64,000 nt of DNA from positions 13,590-77,589 of the forward strand of contig NZ_JAUYAW010000052.1 of NCBI RefSeq assembly GCF_030693405.1, in the 5' to 3' direction. The translations under genes were made by a program, and so were the position numbers. Below, in pieces: positions 56,285 to 64,000 of this stretch. Below the pieces are notes generated by a model that searched no databases, was not told the origin of the DNA, and saw nothing but the letters and a program-made list of their open reading frames with translations. This stretch comes from Phenylobacterium sp. (GTDB taxonomy: Bacteria; Pseudomonadota; Alphaproteobacteria; Caulobacterales; Caulobacteraceae). Within the stretch, counting starts at the first letter, position 1, and the number at the start of each line of letters is the position of its first letter.

Positions 56285-58207
56285 ATGACGGTCCAGATTA
56301 AGCCGACTCTCTTTGACGATCGATTTCTCGACAAGCACGCGGGCGCGATAATCAGCGACCTCAGTGTGGCGCTCGTTGAGCTGGTCGCAAACGCTTGGGA
56401 CGCCTACGCCACGCGGGTCGAGATTCAGTGGCCCGATGGCTCTCGAGACCGGCTATTTTCGATTAAGGACAACGGGAAGGGGCTGACCCGAGAGCAGTTC
56501 GCCCTGCGCTGGCGTACGCTCAATTACAATCGAGTTGCGGCAGAAGGCGAGTTTTCGCTTCCGCCCTCGGACCTTGGCAGCAGCAAGCCGCGACGTCCCT
56601 ATGGACGAAATGGGCAAGGGCGCTTAGCAGGCTTTGCCTTTTCTGATCCATACGAGGTGATCACACGAGCTGGCGGCGATGAGGTCACGTTCGAGGTCAG
56701 GAGATCGAGTGGAGCGCTGCCCTTCGACTGGCGAGAGATCTCCAGCAAATCAGCAAGCGACCATGGTCTTGAAATCCGCGCCACCCATGCAACGCGAACA
56801 CGGACCAACGCTGCGGCTGTTCGTGAAATGCTCGGTGCCCGGTTCCTGACGGACCCAGATTTCACCGTCGTCGTCGATGGCGTGACGGTGACGTTCGACG
56901 ACATCCCGAACGCCTTCCTACAGGAGAGCTTCGTCGGTGTGCCCGGCCACGGGCAGGTTCGAATTGTGATGATCGATGCGCAGCACGCGGACCGAACCAC
57001 GCGCCAACATGGAATCGCCTGGCACGTCAACAACCGCCTCGTCGGCGAGTGCGGATGGCTCGGGAGCGACTACAGTCGCATCCTTGACGGTCGCACTAGC
57101 GAAGCCAAGCGCTTCACCTTCATTGTGACGGCGGACTTTCTGGCATCAGCCAACGCCGTTCAGCCGGACTGGAGCGGGTTCAACCCTAAGAATGAAGTTT
57201 GGAAGCTCACACAGTCCTTGGTCCAAGACCGGATTCGCGAGCAGATCTTCGCCCATGGCGCTCAGCGACGAAAGGAGACCAAGGAGGCGGTCAAGGAGCA
57301 CCATGCCAACACAATCCGCAAAGCGCCGCCGCTGGCGCGGGAGCGGTGGAATGAGTTTGTCGAAGCAGTCGTCGACAGTTGTCCGGGCATTTCGGGTGAG
57401 CAGGTCGAACAGGTCGCGGGGATTCTCGCGAACCTCGAAGTTTCCCGTTCTCGCTACGGTCTCGTCGACAAGCTCCATCGCATGCAACCGAACGAGCTGG
57501 ACGAGTTAGACGCTATCCTGGGTGATTGGAGCGTGGCGACAGCCAAGGTGGCGCTCGATGAGATCCAAAATCGACTGAAGCTAATCGCCGAACTTCACGC
57601 CAAGTTGCGAGACGAGCGTGCCGACGAGGTTCGTGAACTGCAGCCCTTGATGGAACGCAGTCTGTGGGTATTCGGGCCTGAGTTCGAGACCATTGAGTTC
57701 ACCTCCAATCGCGGCATGTCGGAAGTTATTCGCAAGCTTCTGGGCCGCAAAGTGCGCGGCAGCCTGAACCGGCCAGACTTCGTCATCCTTGATGACGGCA
57801 GCGTCGGCCTGTTTTCTCGACCGAAATACGGTGACGGCTATGAGGTCGAGGGTATCGAGCATCTGGTTGTCGTTGAGCTTAAGCGACCCGGAATAGCGAT
57901 CGGCATGGACCACAAGAACCAGGCCTGGAAGTATGTCACTGAGCTTCTCGATCAAGGGCTGATCGAGGAGTCGACCAAGGTGACTTGCTTCGTCATGGGC
58001 TCGAAACTTGCGCCGCGAGAGCGAATTCGCGAGGAAGGCTCAACACGGATTGTTCCGCTTGCCTATGACACGTTTGTCAGGCGAGCTGAGTCGCGCATGC
58101 TGAACCTCTACGAGCGTCTTAAGGGTGCGCCGTTCCTCGCCGACCTTCAGGTCGACGTGGAAGGGTTTTTGGCACAGCCACCTCACCGCGGCCTGGATCT
58201 CGACTAG
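56285..58207 (+). CDS. GHKL (HSP90/MORC-like) ATPase fused to a C-terminal PD-(D/E)xK nuclease-like domain
   Basis: N-box ELVANAWDA, G1 KDNGKG, G2 GRNGQGR; C-terminal RPDFVIL...VVELKRP; lower GC than host genes. Confidence 0.75.
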   Translation: MTVQIKPTLFDDRFLDKHAGAIISDLSVALVELVANAWDAYATRVEIQWPDGSRDRLFSIKDNGKGLTREQFALRWRTLNYNRVAAEGEFSLPPSDLGSSKPRRPYGRNGQGRLAGFAFSDPYEVITRAGGDEVTFEVRRSSGALPFDWREISSKSASDHGLEIRATHATRTRTNAAAVREMLGARFLTDPDFTVVVDGVTVTFDDIPNAFLQESFVGVPGHGQVRIVMIDAQHADRTTRQHGIAWHVNNRLVGECGWLGSDYSRILDGRTSEAKRFTFIVTADFLASANAVQPDWSGFNPKNEVWKLTQSLVQDRIREQIFAHGAQRRKETKEAVKEHHANTIRKAPPLARERWNEFVEAVVDSCPGISGEQVEQVAGILANLEVSRSRYGLVDKLHRMQPNELDELDAILGDWSVATAKVALDEIQNRLKLIAELHAKLRDERADEVRELQPLMERSLWVFGPEFETIEFTSNRGMSEVIRKLLGRKVRGSLNRPDFVILDDGSVGLFSRPKYGDGYEVEGIEHLVVVELKRPGIAIGMDHKNQAWKYVTELLDQGLIEESTKVTCFVMGSKLAPRERIREEGSTRIVPLAYDTFVRRAESRMLNLYERLKGAPFLADLQVDVEGFLAQPPHRGLDLD

Positions 58208-58378
58208 GGATAGGGTTTGGTGGCCGCCGTAATTCGACGGCCGCAGACAACGCATTTCGAACTTGAATGGGGCTGTCGGTATTCAGCTCTTGAGCCGGGT
58301 TTCCATGCCCCTCTTCTAGAATACCGCCGCCCAAACCAGCAAAAGTGCGGCAGAACTCAAATTGTGCGGAGGAGAGCC

Positions 58379-58873
58379 ATGTACGAGGAGTGGCTGCAGG
58401 CCAGGGCTCCGGGATACAAGTCTCTGGCGCCCGCGGAACGGGACGCGATTGCCGGCTTCCTCCACTTCTGGGCCTTGTTCGAGGGGCGTCTCCTCAACGA
58501 GCGTGCCGGGCCAGACAAGATTTGTCGCTTAGCTGCGCGCTGGAACAGCGATGATCTAGCCGACTCAGCACCCGTTTGCGCCGCACTCAACTACTGGCGA
58601 AATCGGTACTTTGCTGGAGGAGAGCCCAATGGGCGCTTCGAAAGCCTTCTGTTCAGGCCTAACGATCATGAAGAACTGGTCGTAGATGTGATGGCCGGTG
58701 CGCCTGACGACGCAGAAAGCGTCATGGCAGCGGTTCTTCTGATCATCTACCGACTTCGAAACAACCTCTTCCACGGTCTGAAATGGCAGTACGGCCTGGC
58801 AGATCAGGAGGGCAACTTCCGGCACGCAAACCGAGTGCTTATGGAGGTGCTGGACCGATACGGAGACCTTTAG
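58379..58873 (+). CDS. Small helical protein with a HEPN-type RxxxxH motif
   Basis: IIYRLRNNLFHG; GGAGGAG SD; 164 aa; lower GC than host genes. Confidence 0.65.
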   Translation: MYEEWLQARAPGYKSLAPAERDAIAGFLHFWALFEGRLLNERAGPDKICRLAARWNSDDLADSAPVCAALNYWRNRYFAGGEPNGRFESLLFRPNDHEELVVDVMAGAPDDAESVMAAVLLIIYRLRNNLFHGLKWQYGLADQEGNFRHANRVLMEVLDRYGDL

Positions 58874-58975
58874 AGGGGCCTTTGTGATGCGTCCCCGTGG
58901 GCGGCTACCTTCTCCGTGGATTCAGCGCATAACCGGACCGGACCGGGCGCTGCTGGTGCATCGACTCGCCCAACG

Positions 58976-59000
58976 AAAAAGGGCCGGCTTTCGCCGACCC
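58976..59000 (-). terminator. Rho-independent terminator after trxA
   Basis: Minus strand GGGTCGGC-GAAA-GCCGGCCC-TTTTT. Confidence 0.8.
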
Positions 59001-59026
59001 CTTCTGCCATCTCTCAGGCCTCAGCC

Positions 59027-59362
59027 TTACGCCGCCGGCTGCACGCCGGCTTCGGAGAGCCATTCGAGGATCTTCTGCTTGGGCATGGCGCCGACCTTCA
59101 TGGACGACATCTGGCCGTCCTTGAACAGCATCATGGTCGGGATGCCGCGGACGCCGTAGCGCGACGGGGTGGTGGGGCTGTCTTCGATGTTCAGCTTGGC
59201 GATGGTGACCTGGCCGGCCAGGTCGTCGGAGATTTGCTCCAGGGCCGGGGCGATCTGCTTGCAGGGGCCGCACCACTCGGCCCAGAAGTCCACCAGGACC
59301 GGGCCTTGCGCCTGCAGCACGTCTTTCTCGAAGGACTCGTCGGTGACGGTGACGGTGCTCAT
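59027..59362 (-). CDS. trxA: Thioredoxin
   Basis: DFWAEWCGPCK and GVRGIPT motifs. Confidence 0.97.
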   Translation of the reverse strand: MSTVTVTDESFEKDVLQAQGPVLVDFWAEWCGPCKQIAPALEQISDDLAGQVTIAKLNIEDSPTTPSRYGVRGIPTMMLFKDGQMSSMKVGAMPKQKILEWLSEAGVQPAA

Positions 59363-59441
59363 GGAAGCTCCTTTTGCGACCCGGCGACAACGTGCGACGG
59401 GCGCTTCTCGATCCAGGATTTAAGGCGCAGGCGGCCGGCGA

Positions 59442-62400
59442 TCAACTCCTGGACCGGAGATCAGCCAGGGCCTGGGCCATCAGGAATTCTGGAACCGCCA
59501 TCAGCTTCGGACCATCGGTCCACACCAGGGCCGCCTCGATGGCCCGGCCGGGGAAGACCTCGGCCAGCACGGCGGCATAGAGCGCCATCTGGCGAATATA
59601 GGCGGGATCGGCGTCTTCTATTGCGTCGGGCGAGGGGCGGTTGGTCTTGAAGTCGGCCACCAGAACCCGGTCTGCGCGCACCACCAGGCGGTCGATGCGG
59701 CCGGAGATCTGCAGGCCTTGGGGCAGGGCGGCGGCTCGCCCGGCGATGGCCACCTCGGCCCGGCCGTCGGCTGCGAACACGTCGGCGAAACGGGGATCAG
59801 TCAGCACGGCGAGCGCCGCGCCCGCCATCTCGGCCCGCTGATCGTCGGTCAGGTCGGGCTCGCGGGCGAGGATGGCTGTGGCCGCGGCGTCGCGGTCCTC
59901 CAGGGGCAGATCGGGCAAGATCTGCAACAGCCGGTGGATCAGCTCGCCGCGGCGGAACCGGCCAAGCCCGCCGACGCGGGCGAGAGGCGAGGGCGCCAGG
60001 ATCTCGTCGGCCTCGCCCAGGTCGGACGGCGAGGCGAAGCGGGCCAGGGGATCTACGCCTGCATCGGCCCGCGCCCAGGCCGGCAGGGGGGCGGTGGTTT
60101 CGCTCGGCGCGGCGCCGCGGCCCAGCACCTGCGGGTCCTCGCCGAACCGCTGGGCCTCGACCTGGCCGCAGGCGGCGGGGCGCAGATGGGGGCCTACACC
60201 CTCATGGGCGAAGCCGGCCTGGATGGCCGCCCACCAGCCTTTGAGGTTCTCTTCCTTGGCCTTGGCGGCGATCCGGCCGCAGATCACCAGCCGGTCGCGG
60301 GCGCGGGTCAGGGCCACATAGAGCAGGCGATAGGCCTCCTCCTCGTCCTTGCGGGCGCGCAAGTCCCGCGCCGCCGTCGAGGCCGCGCAGTCCAGCGTCT
60401 TGGACGGGCACCAGAGGAAGCCGCCGTCTTCGGTTTCCAGGAGCGGCGAGCCGCGGCCCAGGCCCGAGAGCGTCGTCTCGGGCAGGAAGACGATGGGCGC
60501 CTCCAGCCCCTTGGCGCCGTGGGCGGTCATGACGCGGACCTCGTTGCGGGCCGCCTCCATCTCGCGCTTGACGGTGATGTTGAGCCCGGCGAGCGCGTCG
60601 GCCAGGCCCTCCAGGTCGCAGATCCCCCGCTGTTCGGCGGCCTGGGCCTGGACCAGGAACTCGTCCAGGGCGTCCTCGGCCTCGGTCCCCAGCCTGCGCA
60701 CGATCCTCTGGCGCATGGAGGCGCCGGCGCCGTCCCGCAGGGTGAGCAGCCGGCCGTAAAATTCGAACGGCCGCCGGGTCCGGGCCTCAGCCTGGGCGGC
60801 GGTGAGGAAGGCGAAGGCCTGTGTCCAGTCGGGGCGCTCATGGGCGCGGGCCTGCAGGGCGCTCCACAGGTCGCCGGGCTTGCGGGGCTTGGCCAGGGCG
60901 TAGAGGGCGTCGTCGTCCAGGCCGCAGAAGGGGCTCTTGAGCAAGGCCGCCAGGTTCAGCTCGTCCTGCGGGAACAGCACGAAGCGGGCCACGGCCAGCA
61001 AATCGTCGAAGATGATGTGCTCCGACAGGGCCAGCCGGTCGGCGCCGGCCACGGGCACGCCCCGGCGTTTCAGGGCGCGCAGGATGTCCTCGAACAGGGC
61101 CTTACGGCGGCGCACCAGGATCAGCACGTCGCCATAGCGGGCCGGCCGCCAGGCGCCGCGGGTTCCGTCGGATGCGTCCAGGTCCTTGTCGAACACCCCA
61201 TCGCCCCGGGCCACCAGGTCCTCGATCTCGCAGGCGATGTTCTCGGCCAGGCGGCGATTGGCGCTGGCCGGGCCTTCCACGTCCAGGGGCGCGTCCCAGG
61301 CCTCGCGCTCCTCGCCCTCGGGCTCACGCTCCAGGGGCCAGATGTCGACACAGCCCCGGTGGTCGCGGCGCATGGGGATGTGGCGCACGGCGTCCTCGCC
61401 CCGGGCCGGCGGCACGCCGCCCTGGGTTTCGGGCGCGGAAAAGACCGCATCGACAAAGCTCAGCACATCGATGGTGGAGCGCCAGGAGGCGGCCAGCGGC
61501 ACGCTCTCCGCCCGCGCTCCGGCGTCGTGGATGCGTGTGAGATAAGCCTCGGTCTCCAGTTCGAGACGTTCTGGCGCGGCGCCCTGGAAGGAATAGATCG
61601 ACTGCTTCTTGTCGCCGACCACGAACAGGCTGCGCAGGGCCTCGCGTTCGCGCCCCTCGCCTGCGAAGAACTCGGCGGTCAGCGCGCTGAGGATCTCCCA
61701 CTGTTCCGGCGCGGTGTCCTGGGCCTCGTCCAGCAGGATGTGGTCGATGCCGCCGTCCAGCTTGTAGAGCACCCAGGCGGCCATGGGGCGCTCGGCTACC
61801 AGGGCCCGGGTCTTCTCGATCAGGTCGCCGAAATCCAGCGCGCCGGCGGCGGCCTTCTCCTGGCCGTAGGCCGTCAGATAGGCCTTCGCCAAGACCAGCA
61901 CATAGGCGCTGTCCCAGGCGATGTTGGCGGCCCGCACCTGGTCCCGCGCCGTGGCCAGGCGGTCCTGTTCGTCCAGCAGGGCCTGGCGCAAGGGCTCAGC
62001 AGCCCCCAGGGCCTTGGTCTTGGCCACCCAGGTGGCCGGCGTGCCCTCGCCCCCTTGGGTGAACAGCGCCTTGAGCGCATCGGAGAGGGTCGCGTGCGGG
62101 TCGGCCGCCACCGCCGCAAGCGTCTGCGAACAGGACTGGTCGGTCTTGCCGCCCAGCGCCAGCACCTCCGCCGCCTCCCGCCACAGCGCCCGGTCGAGCT
62201 CGGCCATGGCGTCCGCCGCCACGGCCTCCGGATCGGCCTCGCCGTCGAAGCCGCAGGTCTGCCAGATCCAGGCGAGCGCGCCCTCCAGTCCGCCCTCGCG
62301 GGCGACAAAGGCGTCCAGGGCGCCGCGACGGGCCTCGAAGGTGGCGAACATCTGCTCGAAGGCGCGGAAGTCGAGACTGACCGACAGCCGCGCATAGGCC

Positions 62401-62939
62401 TGGGCCACGGCGCCGGTCCCGGTGAGCGCATGGCGGGCCACGTCCTGGCGGGCGGCCCGGGCGATCAGGGCCGCGGCCGGATCGTCCATCACCCGGAAGC
62501 CCGGCGAGATCCCCGCCTCCAGGGGGAAGCGCCGCAACAGCTTCTCGCAGAAGGCGTGGATGGTCTGGATCTTCAGCCCGCCCGGCGTCTCAAGCGCCTG
62601 GGCGAACAGGGCGCGCGCGGCCGACAGGCGGGCGGCGTCATAGTCGCTGGCCTTGCGGCCCTCCAGCCTGGCCAGCGCCTGGCGCAAGGCCGTATCATCG
62701 CACACCGACCACTGGCCCAGGAGGTCGAACAGCCGGCGCTGCATCTCGGCGGCGGCGGCCTTGGTGTAGGTGACACACAGGATGGCGGCGGGCGCGGCGC
62801 CGGCCAGCAGCAGCCGGGCCACCCGGTCGATCAGGGTCTTGGTCTTGCCCGAGCCGGCATTGGCGGTGACGAAGGCCGAGAGGTTCGGATCGGCCGCCGT
62901 GCGCTGGGGATCGATGCCGATGTCTATGACTGGGCTCAT
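59442..62939 (-). CDS. addA: Double-strand break repair helicase/nuclease AddA
   Basis: ANAGSGKT, LDEAQDT, VGDKKQSIYSFQGA, MTAHGAKGLE, LYVALTRARD and nuclease motif GRIDRL..ADFKTN. Confidence 0.96.
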   Translation of the reverse strand: MSPVIDIGIDPQRTAADPNLSAFVTANAGSGKTKTLIDRVARLLLAGAAPAAILCVTYTKAAAAEMQRRLFDLLGQWSVCDDTALRQALARLEGRKASDYDAARLSAARALFAQALETPGGLKIQTIHAFCEKLLRRFPLEAGISPGFRVMDDPAAALIARAARQDVARHALTGTGAVAQAYARLSVSLDFRAFEQMFATFEARRGALDAFVAREGGLEGALAWIWQTCGFDGEADPEAVAADAMAELDRALWREAAEVLALGGKTDQSCSQTLAAVAADPHATLSDALKALFTQGGEGTPATWVAKTKALGAAEPLRQALLDEQDRLATARDQVRAANIAWDSAYVLVLAKAYLTAYGQEKAAAGALDFGDLIEKTRALVAERPMAAWVLYKLDGGIDHILLDEAQDTAPEQWEILSALTAEFFAGEGREREALRSLFVVGDKKQSIYSFQGAAPERLELETEAYLTRIHDAGARAESVPLAASWRSTIDVLSFVDAVFSAPETQGGVPPARGEDAVRHIPMRRDHRGCVDIWPLEREPEGEEREAWDAPLDVEGPASANRRLAENIACEIEDLVARGDGVFDKDLDASDGTRGAWRPARYGDVLILVRRRKALFEDILRALKRRGVPVAGADRLALSEHIIFDDLLAVARFVLFPQDELNLAALLKSPFCGLDDDALYALAKPRKPGDLWSALQARAHERPDWTQAFAFLTAAQAEARTRRPFEFYGRLLTLRDGAGASMRQRIVRRLGTEAEDALDEFLVQAQAAEQRGICDLEGLADALAGLNITVKREMEAARNEVRVMTAHGAKGLEAPIVFLPETTLSGLGRGSPLLETEDGGFLWCPSKTLDCAASTAARDLRARKDEEEAYRLLYVALTRARDRLVICGRIAAKAKEENLKGWWAAIQAGFAHEGVGPHLRPAACGQVEAQRFGEDPQVLGRGAAPSETTAPLPAWARADAGVDPLARFASPSDLGEADEILAPSPLARVGGLGRFRRGELIHRLLQILPDLPLEDRDAAATAILAREPDLTDDQRAEMAGAALAVLTDPRFADVFAADGRAEVAIAGRAAALPQGLQISGRIDRLVVRADRVLVADFKTNRPSPDAIEDADPAYIRQMALYAAVLAEVFPGRAIEAALVWTDGPKLMAVPEFLMAQALADLRSRS

Positions 62940-64000
62940 GCCTCGCCCTCGCCGTCTTCGCCGCTGGTGGACCATTCGAACACCCGGGCCAGGTGGGCGT
63001 AGTCGCCGGCATAGTCATGGACGAACTGTGGGGCGGTCCGCGAGAGATAGGCCCGCTCAGGATCATCGAACTGGATCAGCAGGCGCAGGGCGCCGGCCAG
63101 GGCTTGTTCGGCGGCGTCATGGCTCTCGTCGCCTGCCGCCCCGCGGATCTCCACCTTGCCGGCCGGCTTGCGGCCGGTGACCTGCAGATAGACGAGGTCG
63201 CCGGGGGGCCTGGCCGGCACGCCCTCGAACCCGCCCCGGGCGACAATGGCCGCCGTCAGGGTCAGCTGCGGGGAGAAGCCGGTCTCGACCATCTTCTTCG
63301 AGGGCGCCTGGCCGGTCTTGTAGTCGAGGACGTGGGCATAGCCGTCCGGGCCGGTCTCGATCCGGTCGGCCTTGGCGGTCAGGGTGAAGTCCCGCAGGCC
63401 GGCGCGAACCGTGATCTCGCCCTTGGCCTCCACATGAATGTCGCGGCCATCGGCCCTTCGCTCGGCCTCCAGGGCGACCACCCAGGCGGCCGCCTCCTGG
63501 GCCAGGGCCTGCTCGCGGGCAAGGGACTCCGGCGGGGCGCCGGCGGCGACCAGAGCCTCCAGATAGAGGGCGGCGAACTCCCGGGCCGGCTCCGGCGGCA
63601 GGGCCTTGGGGTGGCGCCTGGCGAAGGTTTCGAAGGCCTCGTGGATGGCCGTGCCCCGGGCGCGGGCCTCCACCGGCTCATCCGGCCGCTCCAGCCGGTA
63701 GAGCTTCAGGATGTCCCGGGCCCAGACCGCATAGGGGTCCCGGGTCAGGGACTCGATCCGGGTGACGGCGAACTGGCTCGGCCGATCGGCCACCGGTGGA
63801 CGCGGGGCCGGGCGGCTGATCGGCTCATAGTCCGGCGCCGCATCCAGGGCTCTGGCCCAGTCCAGCAGGTCGGGGCGGCCGGGCAGGGTGAGGTCTGCGC
63901 CCCTGGCCAGGGTCTCCAGCCGCCAGAGCCAGCGGGACTTCACCGTCGGCTGGCCGTCCCGACGCTCCGAATGCAGCAGCACCACATTGGGGGCGCAGGC
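62936..64000 (-). CDS. addB: Double-strand break repair protein AddB, C-terminal part; 5' end lies outside the window
   Basis: LTRDPYAVWAR and nuclease motif KADRI..LDYKTG..PQL; 4-bp overlap with addA. Confidence 0.93.
   Translation of the reverse strand, partial: ACAPNVVLLHSERRDGQPTVKSRWLWRLETLARGADLTLPGRPDLLDWARALDAAPDYEPISRPAPRPPVADRPSQFAVTRIESLTRDPYAVWARDILKLYRLERPDEPVEARARGTAIHEAFETFARRHPKALPPEPAREFAALYLEALVAAGAPPESLAREQALAQEAAAWVVALEAERRADGRDIHVEAKGEITVRAGLRDFTLTAKADRIETGPDGYAHVLDYKTGQAPSKKMVETGFSPQLTLTAAIVARGGFEGVPARPPGDLVYLQVTGRKPAGKVEIRGAAGDESHDAAEQALAGALRLLIQFDDPERAYLSRTAPQFVHDYAGDYAHLARVFEWSTSGEDGEGEA

Overview
High-GC chromosomal window (about 70% GC in host genes) from an alphaproteobacterium, almost certainly Caulobacteraceae (Phenylobacterium/Caulobacter-like). 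The call rests on an FzlA orthologue, class I LysRS and the gene order rpsA-ihfB-mscL-trpFBA-accD-folC ... trxA-addA-addB. Most of it is housekeeping: lysS, a ligase-associated DNA-damage exonuclease and ATP-dependent ligase, gmhB, ilvA, argE, rfbC, tesB, queG-fzlA, lptCAB, rpoN, hpf, ptsN, aroA-cmk-rpsA, the trp genes, trxA, addAB, tRNA-Leu(CAG) and tRNA-Ala(GGC). Many convergent intergenic gaps carry CGTC-tagged palindromic repeats. Three things stand out. (1) In a 9.5 kb accessory block between folC and trxA, a low-GC PD-(D/E)xK nuclease toxin-like gene is translationally coupled to a putative membrane-anchored immunity gene and sits behind a sigma70-like promoter abutted by a perfect alphaproteobacterial LexA box (GTTC-N7-GTTC). 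This suggests an SOS-inducible, colicin-like module with no visible export route. (2) The same block holds a low-GC GHKL-ATPase/nuclease fusion plus a HEPN gene, a candidate anti-phage system. (3) An asd gene inserted into the rpoN-hpf cluster is preceded by an unannotated, probably leaderless, leader peptide with the run M-T-M-I-I-K-T-T (all four aspartate-family end products) and a four-segment RNA switch that sequesters the asd Shine-Dalgarno. All calls were made by eye from motifs and gene context; no database search was run.
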